From positions 1 to 37,504 of the forward strand of contig MU271586.1 in the NCBI GenBank assembly GCA_021432655.1: 37,504 nucleotides of DNA, given 5' to 3'. The notes beneath the pieces are model-generated. The model saw nothing but the letters and a program-made list of their open reading frames with translations, made no database searches and had not been told where the DNA came from. This stretch comes from Atractiella rhizophila. Its lineage: Eukaryota. The translations under genes were made by a program, and so were the position numbers. Shown piece after piece: positions 22,440 to 35,673 of this stretch. The first letter of the stretch is position 1. Every line of letters starts with the position of its first letter.

Positions 22440-25400
22440 ATGTCAGACCAAATCTCAGAATTCGGGAGCGTCACCTCCCTCAAATCTCGCTTTGAGGCCC
22501 TCGCCTCCTCCAAGCCATCTTCGCAATCCACCTCGCCCCAACCGCCTTCTTCTCCTTCCCAATCCCAACCTCCCTCCCTTCGCGCTCGCCCGCCGCCGCC
22601 GCCGCCTCCACTAAAACCCAAACCATTCGCGACCCTGCCATCCCGCGCGGGCGCATTCCCGTCCATCGAGAAAGAAACCGAGAAAGAGAACGGGTTGCTT
22701 AGTCCTGATAGTTATGGAGGCGAGGAGGGACAAAGGAGGTATAGAAGCTCGTCGAATCCTGAATCAGGAGCGAATAGAGATGAGCCACCTAACCCTTACA
22801 GAGGCATAGCCAATGTATCAAGATCGAGTATAAGTATGGGCGAAGGAGGAGGAGGGATGAGAACGTCGCCTTCAGTCCCCGATTTCAACATAGGCAATGA
22901 GCGCGCGGGCAGGAGCGTTTCCCTCTCCTCCTCCGCGTTGTCAGCTTCCAGCCCATCGTCCACTCCCCGATCTGCGAGTCCAAACCAAAACGCCACTTCC
23001 AGCTCCACTGCTACCTCAACATCAGCATCTGGCAGAAGACCAGCACCACCACCTCCTCCCTCCAAATCCTCCCTCTCCCGCTCCACAGGCTCTTCCCTTT
23101 CTACCAGCCCCGTTCGGGTCCGCTCGCCCGATCCCTCCTCATCTCCATCTTCTTCAAGGGAGGACGCGAGGGGTTTGAAGGGATTGATATCACGGTTTGA
23201 AGAGCTGGAGCAAGACCTCTCCGACAATAGCAACAGGACTGGGAGTGGAGACATGGATGGAAACGAAGACCCCTTCGCGGAGATCCATAGGCTCGAGTCC
23301 TCATCGTCCTTTTCTATAGGGGCGAAGCTAGCGCCTGCCTTGCCGCCGCGTGGAGGCAGTCTCTCTTCCTCCACCGACACCCTAATCCCTCTGGGGCTGT
23401 CCAATTCACAACCGCAACAAGAGAAGCCGGCGATCCCAGCAAGACCGCCTCTAACTCGTCCAGCCATCTCCACCTTAGAACCCTCACCCACTCCACCCCC
23501 TCCGCTCCCGCAACGTGCCTCCTCCTCTCCCATCGCTCGCTCCTCTCCCCTCCTCCCGCTCGTTCCTCCCACTGCTCCAACCAATGGAGCTCTATCTGTC
23601 GCACGACTTCCTTCCGCTCCTCCCCTCCCCGCTCGCTCCGCAACCCCCGCCACGGTCTCGACGACCCCTACGACCATCACTCCACCCCTCCCACTACCCG
23701 TCGCACAAGCAGACCCAAAACTCCCCGGAGCAACGGAGTGGCAGGCGCCCCCACCGCCGAGTCGCAGTATCGGGTTGAAGGAGAAGTTGGTGCCCGTTCG
23801 TCCGGTGATCAAGAGCCCGGTGGGTGAGGAGGGCGGAGAGGGAGAGAGCTCGGAGGACGAAGGAGAGGAAGAGGACGCCACGGCCGCTGCATTGTCGAGG
23901 CTGCCGGATGCGACTTTTGCAAATCGAAAACCGCCTAGGTTGGGCAAGGATTTGGTCGTAAAGGCGAAGGCACAGCATTTTACGAGTTACGCTATCAAAG
24001 GTAGCATCGTGTGTACGGGAAGCAGTCAGGTTAAGGTGTGGGATCAGACGAATGGCGAATTGATCGCCGGTGTGGCCTTGAAGGGAGAACATAGAATCGA
24101 GAGGATGGCGTTCAAGACCGCTGTTCATAATCCAGCTGATGAGGGAAGGTATTTGTGGTGCGGCACGAAGGACGGACAGCTGTTTGAGATCGATATCCTC
24201 AGACAGGAGGTGACCGATTCTAAGTCAGCAGCACATTCTTATGCCATCAAGGGTATCTTTGCACTTGGTCCAACCATGATCACTGTCGACGAGGGAGGCA
24301 AGGTCGTCATCTGGCTTCCGAGCGCGAAAGAGGAATTCGGTCTTTCTCTTCCCCCCTTGCTGTCATCCAAGAACACCAAGACCCAACGGGTGGGGGAGAA
24401 GCTGGGGTTCATCAAGATTCTAGGGGACCAGCTGTGGACCTCCACCGGTCCATCTTCCCCTCACCCCCAGACGCATTCGAAGCTGAAAGCAACCACTGGG
24501 CCTACCATTCGCGTCTATGACCCCAATCCGAGTTCAGAACGGCCTTTCGTCCTCACCCAGCGTCCACTCGCATTTCCTTCCACTGAAGCATCTTCTTCGT
24601 CCTCTTCCTCCCCATCTTCTTCTGCACCAGTGATCGGAGGGGTGGGAGCAGTGACCTGCGGCACGATCGTGCCTTCGCATCCTGAGCGCGTCTACCTGGG
24701 ACACGAGAGCGGACACGTGTCTATGTGGAACAAGGAGAACATGACGTGCATGGGCGTGTTGAAGATCTCTCAGAGCAAAATCACAGCACTTCAGGGGGTG
24801 ACGAGGTTCTTGTGGGCGGGTTATGGGAGTGGGTTTGTCTTTGTTTATGACATTGATGTAGAGCCTTGGAGGGTCCAGAAGGCTTGGAAAGCACACAAGG
24901 ACCCCGTAGTAGATATCTTGGTCGATCCTTACACCCTTTGGGCGGTACGTCCCCTACACTCATTCGTTTCCTTTCGATCCATATTCATGTGGTTTCTGCT
25001 CCAGAACGGTCAGCTGCAAGTCGCATCGATCTGTGCCGACGCCACAATACATTTTTGGGATGGATTAATGAAGCAAGACTGGCGAGGTGCGGCTTCACCG
25101 GCTTTCCTGATCCATCCTTCCATCCCTCAATAGAACTGATAATATGTGCTCACAGACAATCGTCTGCTCGACCTTCAACCCACATATTGCAACTTCCGCA
25201 CCATCCGCATCCTCATCTGCACCTACAACCTCGACGCTTCGAAGCCCGAAAACCTCCTTCAAAATGTCAAGAACCAGAGCTTCTTCCACCGTTTGCTGTC
25301 CGAGTCCGGACAGCCGGATATCATCGTGTTTGGATTCCAAGAGATGATTGACCTAGAAAATAAAAGGCTCACGGCTAGTGCGTTCGGTTCTTTCAGAAAG

Positions 25401-26536
25401 CAGACGAGCTTGACTGACCCACTGTCGATATGTAGAGACGCTCTTGCTAGGGAAGAAGAAGCCGGATCAAAAGTTCAACGACAGTATCTCAAATGGGTAC
25501 CGATTATGGCATGACGAGCTAGTTCGAGCATTGAAGACTTACATGCCTTCCAACTTTCCTTATACCGTAACTCACGTCGAGAATTTGGTCGGGGTTCGTC
25601 ATTTTCCTCTCTGCCTAGAGGCCTAAGCTGATGGTTGCTCAGTTGTTCACCTGCGTTTTCGTCAAGGATACTGAGCGACCAGGGTTACGAGATGTTTCCC
25701 TTATGACAGTGAAAACTGGCATGAAAGGACGCTATGGGAACAAGGTGCTTTTTACTTCCAGTCCACTCCTTCCATGGTATCTTACCGAATTCAATTGCTG
25801 TCAGGGAGCAATTCTGTCACGTCTAGTCATGGACGATACCTCGATGTGCTTCGTCAATTGTCATTTGGCGGCTGGACAAAATCACCGTCGTCAGCGAAAT
25901 AAGAACTTGATCGAGATCCTAGAGAAGGCAGCGTTGGATCAAGCCGGCGTCGACCTTGCGTATATCAGTGGAGGGGACGGAACGATGGTTTTCGACCACG
26001 AGATATGTTTCCTCAATGGAGACCTTAACTACCGCATCGATCTGCGTCGAGAGAACGTCCTCAAAGCAGTCGAAGAAGGCGATTTGAAGCCCCTTCTCCT
26101 CGAAGACCAGCTCAATAAAGAGATGAAGACCAATGCTGCTTTTCGATTGCGCTCTTTCAAAGAGGCACCTATATCGTTCTTGCCAACTTATAAGTACGAC
26201 CCGTATGTAGTGTTACTCTATTCACACGTTCTTGCTCACTCAAAATTGATCAGTGGCACCGACAACTACGATTCCTCGCCGAAATTGCGCATTCCAGCAT
26301 GGTGTGATCGAATACTTTGGAGAGCAGACCGACACGAGAAGGTGAAAAACCTCAAGTACGAGAGGCACGAAGTCGATATCTCGGATCATAGACCTGTGTC
26401 GGGTTTATTCGAGGTTCAGATCAAGAGTATCATCCCTGAACGACTGGCGAAAGCACAGGAAGGTTTAGATGTCGAGTGGAAACAGGTAGAAGCTGGCTTG
26501 ATGGAGAAAGCGAGGAGTTTCTACCAGCGGACCTGA
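22440..26536 (+). CDS. Inositol polyphosphate 5-phosphatase with a proline-rich N-terminus and WD40-like middle (no Sac1 domain seen); about 7 exons
   Basis: Catalytic motifs TYNL, PDIIVFGFQE, GNKGA (spliced), FVNCHLAAG, GDLNYRI, PTYKYD, PAWCDRIL and SDHRPV. WD-like strands lie upstream of the catalytic domain. Confidence 0.92.
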
Positions 26537-26715
26537 GCTTGGATTTTGTGTTGGATGCGAGCTTCGTCTTCGTACTTCAATTTCCTTCATTGTTGTTTGA
26601 ATGTGGACATTCAGTTGCATTATCTTTCGCATTGCATATTTACCCGAGAAGAAAATACAATATTGTACCAAATACCAATGTCAGCCTGAAATCAAGAGGT
26701 TCCCAAGATTACATA

Positions 26716-28848
26716 TCAAGGGATTTCTGCGTCGTGTAACCAAGCGATCTTCTGCCCCTCTTTCGTTTCAATCTTTACTTTCATCGTGACCATAGTGTTC
26801 TTTCGCGCCGGCCCATCAACGAAACCTTCCTTTACTTCATCCAAATTGCCAATAAGACGTCGGAGGGTCTTTCGAAGACGTAGCAACGCCGCAGAATCGC
26901 GATATACGTCCGCTGGTTGAAGATTTGAAAGGAAAGTTGTCTGTTTCCCGTGGTCAGTCGTCCTCGTGTTCAAGTGAGTCAAAGGGACTGACTGCTTCAT
27001 CGCCTGATACAACTATCGTCTCTGTCTCTCCATCTCCGTCTTCGAGGCATAGAAAAAACTTGTAGTCAAGTTTCAGGTCGCTAGTCTTGCAGCTTGGACA
27101 ACTTGCCGCTCGCAAAGAAAACCTGATCGACATTTCCGTCAATACCGCCATTGATTAAAATAGGAAAGCCTTTACTCCAGCTGACACTCGCCGCAGTATC
27201 TCGTTACAAAGTCGCAGAGATGATTTGGGAAGTAGTCGACCACTCGTCCAGTCCGTGAGACAACATTCTCGACTGGTAGATTCGACTTTTCGGTCGCGAG
27301 GGTGGGTGGATCAATGGAAGTAGGCATAGCCGAGACGTCGCGAGACGATCTGCTTCTTTTAGCTGGCCGCTCCGAAAGTTCTGAGTTGTTTTGAGCAGCA
27401 GGACGAGGAGAACAAAGAGAGACCAACCCATACTGCTTGGTCGCGGCCTTGGTGATGGTGCTGGTCGTGGTGGACGGTTGGTTAGCTCCTGCTCGAGCTC
27501 TAAATTATACACTCTCTCGCGTCTTTCCACAATCATCAATAGACGTTCAAAGGTATTGAGAATAGGAGACGGGTCACCTTTTCAGCTCCTTCAACTCTTT
27601 TGCATCCTCTCTTAGTTTTGTCCATCTGGCTTTAGAATTCGACGACTTTCCGCCATTTAGTTGACCTTCCAAATGACCCGTACTGTTGAACTTGATCCTA
27701 ATGTTTCTGATGTAATAATAAGATTGATCCTCGATGGTGTGCGCGAGCGCTCGATTCTCGTCGTACAATGTGATCTGCAGAACTCGCTTCCCGTAAGGTC
27801 CAGCCCAATCTGACTCTCCGATCCTCCAGTCCTGCATCAACGAGTTCTCCGTGAAGTCGGTAACAAAGATCTCAGACGAACGCATCGAATCGTTGCCGAG
27901 GTGGAACACTTTCACGGTCTATGATTCAAGTGTGAGGCAACAACAAGATGTACTTCGCAGTTCCTCACTTTACATATGCAGTCGAAAAACTCGAAGTTCT
28001 TCACGTCACGAATGAGCTTGAGCTTGTCAGCCGTAATCGCAGGTTTTACATTTGCGTCTGCTCCTAATAATTTCGCGCGGGTCGTCCTAGATGCTTGAAG
28101 GCGACTGAAGGCTTTGGAGACTTCAAAATCCTTAGAGATTTTCTTCTTCCCGTACCACACAGAGAGCTTTCGCATCTCCTCGATCTCATCGATATCAAGT
28201 ATGTTCTTCTCGCTTTCCACGATTTGAGTCACTCCCCCTTCGGTGGATGGGGTCAACAGAGCCCAGACATAGTCCAGCTGTCCAGGTGACGCTTTGTAGC
28301 CTATGAGTTGAGGCTTTGAATCCCACATTTGGCACTAGACGGAATATCTTAGTATCTAGCTAGGGGCTAACGGAAGGACCTACCTTCACTCGGCGTAGAT
28401 AAAGGACATCGCCAACTCGTGATACTGGTGGTAAGAGATATTCTTCTCCTGGACTCGACCACAACATGACTTTCAACCCTTCCCCTTCCAGGTATTGCGT
28501 GCGATCGCAGAGAATGATCATTATTTTATGGTCTATGATACAGCACGCCTTAGATGTCCGAGGTCAGAGCATGATGAAGTGACGACTACAAACCTCCAGA
28601 AGCAACATTGGTGTCAATCGGATCATGTCGCTCGACAAAGCCGATAATATGGACAGGCGTGTTATTCTTCAGTTTTTTCTGAAACAGTTCGCTTATAGTG
28701 ATGGGTGTCTAGAGACTTTATAAATTTATGAACAGTATGCTCTGTCACTCACCTCTTTCTTGAAAACTGTTGGCAACCTGTTGAAGCTAGCTGGCCGAAC
28801 TTTCAGCGCGAATTTTCATGTTATCAACGAATGCTCACCCGTAGACAT
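26716..28848 (-). CDS. POT1: Protection of telomeres protein 1 (OB-fold telomere end-binding protein); about 9 exons
   Basis: OB1-like VHIIGFV...ILCD...LPPVSRVGDVLYLRRVK; OB2-like FFDCICKV...IFVTDFTEN...GPYGKRVLQITLYDEN...IRNIRIK...LEGQL; C-terminal OB with FFLCLED. The ATG at 28848 is followed by two short exons with GTGAG donors. Confidence 0.85.
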
Positions 28849-28895
28849 GGTCTGGAGGCGGCTCTGTGAGTGTTGAATAAATTTCTGGCCTGACG

Positions 28896-28901
28896 ACGCG
28901 T
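28896..28901. promoter_or_regulatory. MCB-like element (ACGCGT) upstream of POT1
   Basis: ACGCGT about 50 nt upstream of the POT1 ATG. It is a single hexamer and could be chance. Confidence 0.3.
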
Positions 28902-29437
28902 CTGTTATTCGACTGTTTGTCTTTGGAGATGGTGCAAAGGAGACTACAGTCTAAGATGTGTACTAAGATTACGTTTACTGCGGAAAACAAGAGCTGCCCA
29001 ATTGCACTTCAGTCCACCTTTCCTTATATAATAGACATAAGAAATGGTCCCAGAGAAACCAAAGAAGCGTGATCAAACTATAGGTACCGGGCGAAACACT
29101 GTAACTTAGAGGACTGCATTAAACAAGCGATCTAGACCATCAATCATTTCAGGACGACAGTTACTAGTTAGAACACATCTACATTAAAGAAAGCGTAGCC
29201 GATTTGTCTCTCTCCGCGTGAAACGCCATAAAACGATGTTGTCCAATGATCTTTCTCTGACACCGCACACAAAGGGGATCCACCCGCTTTGGTGAAGCAC
29301 CTGAAAGGACTGGGTACCGTTTTCTCCTTAATGCCTAGTTTGGCAATCGCCATCCATATCCACGCTTCCCACGGTCCGAGTTCACCTTAATTAGGCAATC
29401 CACCGTTAGACTTGGCCTTGCCAGAAGTCACATCAGA

Positions 29438-29997
29438 TCACTTCTTCGCATCAGCCTGTCCTGAGACAAGAGCTTTAATCCTGGTGCATCGCATGTCAAA
29501 TGTCGAACAATCAAACAAACAGAAAGGAGGGATATGGGAGCATACTTTTCGTCAAATACCTCTGCACGCACTATTGGCATCTCGCTTTTGTAGAAAGGAT
29601 CCTTCAGATGCTCGGCATAAGCTTCATATACCTTTTTGAGTACCGCATGGGGGTTCGGATGGGATGGAGTGGTGAGGAGGACGAATTTAGTGCCTTATGG
29701 ACTCTTATGGTTACCTGCTATCCCGAATATACAACGGAGGAGGAGCATACCAGTCGCGCTTTGCAAACAACACATCTTGAAGCTCTCAGCTTCTATAATC
29801 TCCACACCTCCCTGCGGCGCATTAGGAATTTTGGGACCTATCCGACCTGTGATTGCATGGATGCCGTGGAATGTTCCAGCGAGGACGAGATATTCGTTTG
29901 CCGAAAGTGGAGAGAGGCCGTCTGAGTAGTTGCGTTGATAGATCAGGCCACCAGCTTTGTTGATTATCCATAAAGAAAACACAGCAGTTGAAGACAT
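29438..29997 (-). CDS. TRS23: TRAPP complex subunit Trs23/TRAPPC4 (sybindin family); 3 exons
   Basis: VFSLWIINKAGGLIYQR, NEYLVLAGTFHGIHAI, TG/TKFVL and KVYEAYAEHLKDPFYKSEMPI. Ends IKALVSGQADAKK*. Confidence 0.93.
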
Positions 29998-30135
29998 GAT
30001 ACTCCCTGTGCCCCTGTGCTCTATATAGTCTAGCTGTAGAGCTACTGGAATCTGGCTGTTTGATCGTTTCCTCCGGAACCGTGAAGGTCAACAAATATGG
30101 TCAAACTATCGCTGAGCAAGAACTAAACGGCCAAC

Positions 30136-32107
30136 ATGTCTCTCTCCTCCCTCCTTCCCGCCCCAGTGCATCAGCCTCTCCCCTCCGAACTCGAGCCCAG
30201 TCCCCCCTCGAAGAAGGTTGAGACCCAACAGGCTTTGGTGGCCAAGCCTGCCACGGCTCACATCCCACCTTACGGTCAAAGGAAGGGGTGGCGACCCAAG
30301 GAGCTTTCTGATTTCGGGGACGGGGGTGCTTATCCTGAGTGTCATGTTGCTCAATATCCCCTGAACCTGGGGAGGAAGGCACAGGTCTGTTTCTTCATCC
30401 TTGTGGCCTGGAAAGATGTTGAACGACTGGGTTGTATGAGCAGAGCAATGCAGGAAACATGCTCTCTCTCCAAGTTGATTCGGAGGGGAAGGTTCAGTAC
30501 GATGCGATCGCGAAGCAGGGTCATGCCGAAGGACGGGTGGTTCAGACGAGCTTCAAGGACTTAGTGCCCCTTGCCAATCGGACGGATGTGGTGGACAAGA
30601 GCATGGCCCGTCCGAGCGAGGAAGAGGTGCAAGCGACTGCTGAACGTACCCGCAAGGCGCTAGAGAAGCTAGTGGATGTTAAAATAAAAGCTGCTCAGGT
30701 TTGACTTCTCCCTCTCTTTGTCTACATCTGACCTGACGATGGACGTGACAGCCAAAGAACGTACCTGCAGCTGTGGGAGCGACACAATATGTCCGATATA
30801 CCCCAGGAGATGCTGCTTCAGCCGGAGGCAAACAGAGAATCATCAAAATGACAGAGGTAGTCGAAGATCCGCTTGAACCACCACGGTTCAAACACAAGAA
30901 GATTCCTCGTGGTCCTCCCTCTCCTCCCGCTCCCATTCTTCGTTCCCCTCCAAGAAAAGTGACTGCTCAAGAACAAAAGGACTGGATGATCCCTCCCTGC
31001 GTTTCCAACTGGAAGAACAACAAGGGTTATACTATCCCGTTGGATAAGCGGCTGGCTGCAGATGGGAGGGGGCTGCAAGATGTGAGTCTTCGCTTCCATC
31101 GTAGCTCAATGAAGTCATAGAACGGCTCATCGTGTTCTGATGGGAATAGGTACACATCAACGATCGCTTTGCTCAGTTTTCCGAATCACTCTACATCGCC
31201 GACCGTCATGCCAGGGAAGAAGTTCGTCAACGTGCCCTGATGCAACAACGCATAGCACAGAAGGAGAAGGAACAAAAGGAGGAGAATTTGCGCCTTCTTG
31301 CTCAGCGAGCGCGAGAGGAGCGTTCCGGTGCTGCACCTCGAATTGTGGAGAAGCCTTCTGCGGCTATGGGTGCTTTGGCCGGCTATGGTAGCGATAGTGA
31401 GGAGGAGGAAGAAGAGGAAAGAAGAGAAGAGACGATGAACAGTGAAGAGGAGAAGGAAGCGAGGGAACGTGATGAAGTTCGTGCGGAGAGGAGGAGGGAA
31501 AGGGAGAGGGAGATGAGGATGAGCAACATGGGTACCGAACGGAGGGCAAGGGTTCTTGCGCGGTCAGTCTCCTTCTTGCGGTTAATAGGTCGGATGTAAT
31601 GCTGAACATGACCTTCTCAGTGCCCAAAATCGAGACATATCGGAGAAGATTGCCTTGGGACTCGCCAAACCTACTCTGTCAAAGGAATCCATGTTGGATT
31701 CACGTCTGTTCAACCGAGAACAATACTCCAACTCCTTTGGTGACGATGATGCATTCAACCTCTACGACAAAGCTCTCTTCACCGGTTCAAACGCCGGAGC
31801 TGCCATCTACAAGCCTCGTGGAAACGTAGACGAAGATGGAGAAGCAATTGGAGGCGGAGGAGCTGAAGGAGTAGAACGAGCGATGAAAATCGATCGCTTC
31901 AACCTTGGCGTAGCTGGTGAAGGCAAAGGATTCGAAGGTGCGGATGCGAACGAGATCAAGGAGGGACCAGTGCAGTTTGAAGCTGCTGACCCGTTTGGAG
32001 TGGACAAGTTCTATGATGAGGCGGCGAAGAAAGGGGAAAGGAAGAGGGGTCTTGAGTCGAAGGAGGAGAGGGAGGATGCAAAAAGGAAGAGGATGAGGGA
32101 GGAATAG
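30136..32107 (+). CDS. PRP45: Pre-mRNA splicing factor Prp45/SKIP (SNW domain); 5 exons
   Basis: DFGDGGAYPECHVAQYP, DPLEPPRFKHKKIPRGPPSPP, PPCVSNWKNNKGYTIPLDKRLAADGRGL, DSRLFN and GPVQFE. Confidence 0.96.
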
Positions 32108-32305
32108 GTTCATATATGGATGATTTGTATCTGCTTTAACATGTATCTAATGCATTCGCCTCTATGCTTCTTACAGTAACATTTATCAAAACCACCATGA
32201 TTTTGTGGGTCTAGGCTCCGGGGGCCGAGTCACAGCTTTAGGGGCCTTGCCAAGTTAGAGTGATAGGGAACGCAAAGAAATTAGTTCAGGCTGTATATAC
32301 CTACC

Positions 32306-33038
32306 ATGTCCGTCCCACCCATCCAAGGAGAAAAGTCCTTATCTGGAGCTACGACCAACCTGAACGGCGATCGAGTTGTTGCGAGCAGTCGCCGCCCTGA
32401 TGGAACGTAAGCCTTACGTCTGTTCTCATCAAGAGAAAACTGAAGTCCATGAAAAGGTATCGTAAAGAGCTGAAAATCCGCCCAGGGTTCATGGCTACTG
32501 AAGATGTGGCCAAATTCCGTTCGGCCCGCCAGCAGGACATCGATGCTCGCCAAAACGCCAAAGGCAGGGTACCTGGAATGGTTCCTGGAGCGGGAGGGAC
32601 GACCAAGGTGCAAGTGACTCTTGAGGGATCCGCGAAAAAGAATCAAAAACGAAAGGAAAAACGAAAGGAGAAGAAGGACGAGGAAGACGTACCCGATGCC
32701 TGGGACGAGGAGGAAACTGAGACAAAGAAGACAGAGGAGAAACCAGCTGTTGACGTAACTAAGGAGGATAAGACTGAAAGTGGGGATAAGGAGGAAACAA
32801 AAGATGATATCGAGAAACGACTGAAAGCCATTCGCAAGAAGTTGCGCCAGGTATGTGCATCATAACGTGAAGCTTGGAGTTCATTGCCAACATATTACAG
32901 GCGAGTCAGTTGAAGGATTCGCAAAACTCTGGAACGCAGTTGCTTCCTGAGCAACAAGCCAAAGTGGATCAACTAGCAGATTTCCAAGATGAGCTGGAGC
33001 TTTTGGAAGGGAAGCTGGCAAGTTTGAGCGTCGGATAA
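32306..33038 (+). CDS. PYM1: Partner of Y14 and Mago (WIBG/PYM); 3 exons
   Basis: Spliced N-terminus RVVASSRRPDGT/YRKELKIRPGF...EDV (Mago-binding motif). C-terminal EKRLKAIRKKLRQ/ASQLK...LPEQQAKV. Confidence 0.85.
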
Positions 33039-33167
33039 GTTTGGGGATTTTTCGCCGGCCGTGAAAATGAGGGGTATTGTTTGATTAGACTGTATTGCGC
33101 CGTGTCGCCTTGAAGCGAAAGATTTACTTTAGTGTATGCTAGTAGATTCGAGAAAGTGGATCTACGG

Positions 33168-34748
33168 TCAAACCCAGACAATCTGAACGCTTCCATAATC
33201 ACCTTTGTGCTTTTTCTCCTGCACTCGTCCGCCGATCCGAATAAGAAATTCTTCCAGCTCTTTGTAAGAGATATTGAAGAGAAGGCACAGCTCATCAGTA
33301 TGATGCTTGCCGTCCAGGTACTTTCGAAGATCTTTAGGCTCGGGCTTTGCCTCCTCTTCCTGCCACAGATCCTTATTGGTGGCGGAAGCAGAGAAAGAGG
33401 GACTTCCGTCTTCGTACGGTGCCCCGTAAACGCGCAGTCGAGGGGATTTGGGAGTGAAAGAGTTATGTCCCATCCATATCGGGTAGGCATAAACTCTCCG
33501 TAGGAATCCTTTGATTACACCGTATGACACCAGCCGACGGATGTCGATGGGGTATTTGTGCAGCGAATTCTCTTGAGCCCATTCAGAAAGGGAGAAAGAC
33601 GGAGTGAGGAGTGAAAGTAGATGCATGAGAGTGACGAATGATGTTGGGACGCCATCTGAAGGACCGTTGTAGACGTATTGCTCGAATTCGGAGCGCGCGG
33701 AGGAAGCGACGTCGTCTTCTTGGAAGGAAGAGCTGGATGGAGTTGAGAGATATTCCGGAAGAGAGGTGAGCAGGACGTAAGAGTTGGAAAATTGAAAGAT
33801 GTCGGTGAGGAGTACCGCGCGATAGTACCTTGGCTCACTTTGAGAAGCAGAAGAAATCAGATAGCAAGAAGCATACATAAGATGTTGAATGCACTCTCTA
33901 ACAAGAGCCACATCAGCGTCGGCAGCTCCCAAATCCGCAATCCGTTTCACAGGAATGATACCATCAATCAGACCGCAGACCTGGTTCAATGTCAGAAGGA
34001 CTCGAACGATTTCGGAAGTTTACTTTATACATCGTTACATCCCAATTCACCTTGCGCATAGATTCAAGGTCGGCAACAGCGACAGGGACATCCCAATCCC
34101 TCACTTCAATCGGATTCGCATAGTAAGGAAAAAGTTTGAGTTCAAGGTAGGAGAAAGAGCCGCGATGAAGCAATATCGATGTCTCGGAATAAGAGTTCAA
34201 ATCTTCGTAAAGATGCTCGAGGACTGTGTAAAGCGAAATTTCCTGCCGGGAAAGGACAGTATGGTTCTCTTCCTGCCATTGGTTGAGTAGATCCAGTGGA
34301 GGAGAAAGGACAGGACCCACCACAGTCTTCAGCACTCGGCCAGTTTTCCGGACTACTGGCTCGTAACCCATCAGTTCTGCTTTGCGTTCGAAGACCTGCT
34401 ACATGCGTAAGAGACGGATATGATCAGACAGCAGGCTCTGAAAGTGCGCACGAAACAGAAGTTGAACTGGAAGCACTTCCTCTCGTATTTCTTCTCATCT
34501 TGAATCCAAACAGGGAATCCCAATACCTTGTATTTATCCGTCGTAATCGTCACGAGGTTGTTACAGAGGCTTTGTTCTGGCACGACGCAGTTCTTGATAT
34601 TGTTAAAGTTGAGCGAGTCGGAGGAGACAATATCGGCTGGGATTTGACATGAAACAGTTGCTCCTTTCGAGCCGTCAAAAGTCGCGTAGAATACCCCGAG
34701 AAGAGAAGGGAGGTACTCCCCTGTCATGGCGCGAAGGTTAGAGGTCAT
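33168..34748 (-). CDS. NPR2: Nitrogen permease regulator 2 (SEACIT/GATOR1 subunit); about 5 exons; start at 34748 or 34727
   Basis: VFYATFDGSKGATVSCQIP, KYERKCFQFNFCF, YEDLNSYSETSI, WDVTMYKV, DIFQFSNSY, IDIRRLVSYGVIKGFLRRV and LDGKHHTDELC. Confidence 0.93.
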
Positions 34749-35673
34749 TCTGATGTGCCGTCACTGGTCAGCAATCACGAGTAACGAAACAGCTGAGGAA
34801 GTGCCTTGACTTACTTTCACTGCTTGGTACCTCTGCGTGATCGGCAGAATGCCGCAATGAAAAGGCAATCGGGTGAAACGTGGTTAGGAGCTGGAAGTGG
34901 AAGGCAGGGTGAAGGTTATCGAATTGCTAGTGATAATACGATATTCGGATATGTAACACCTTTAGCCTTACGAGCTGTTACAATCGCAAACGGTACAGCT
35001 CTTATGTGTCGGGCACAATATCTTACTAGCCCTTCGCCATCTTCATATCATAGCTATGATTATGTATCTGACGTTTATAAGTTAGTTGAAGTACAGTCCA
35101 GTTTACCTTGAAGTCACGATACTGTAAACAGTGAAAGGGCTTAAGCTCTGAAGCAAAGAATCAACGGTGCTGTTTTCGTAACTACTCTTATCCTGCGTTC
35201 AATTCCTTTGAAAACTTCTCCATTTTTCCAACCTTGCATCCTCCGAGAGTACATCAGTGAAAAGTGCAAGCAGCGCTTTCACAAATTCCGCCGTCCCTTC
35301 TGGTAAACACAAGGTCAATCTCTCAGTTTGAATGAAGGGTTCTAGCGAGTCTGTGGGTAGGGATGGGTTATTAACGGCTTCAAGGACGTGTTTAAGGGAA
35401 AGAAGGCTGTAGAAAGTGCCTTCAAGTGTGATTCATGCCGATAACGAAGGCCTGGGAAAAGATCAATGAGTTGATTTGGAACGAGCGAATGAACCTCGGA
35501 ATCGCTTATCCCGTACTTGCTATTCGCACTAACGAGGATCAGCATCGTCCCGAATTCTTGAGCATCAGGTGCAATGTTGGTGGCTTGCGCTGCCCCGCGC
35601 CCTCGTGCGCTGGTAGTGAATTGCGTATTGTTCCCAATCAACAACCAGTTGCAAAGTTCGCATCGCATTCCAG

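Noticed and set aside
29020..29430. Possible structured ncRNA between POT1 and TRS23 (TATA-like TTATATAA, several short stems, ACAAATCGGCTAC on the minus strand resembling RNase P CR-V)
   Set aside because: No complementary CR-I strand was found and no snRNA or snoRNA boxes were convincing. It can be explained as TRS23 3' UTR plus POT1 promoter; an Rfam cmscan would settle it.
5998..34748. A nitrogen-metabolism cluster (GS-like, asparagine synthetase, NPR2)
   Set aside because: The genes are separated by many unrelated housekeeping genes and share no evident regulatory motif, so co-occurrence is probably chance.
34749..35673. Short ORFs in the divergent spacer between NPR2 and the last gene
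   Set aside because: No family motifs or coherent splice pattern; treated as promoter and UTR.
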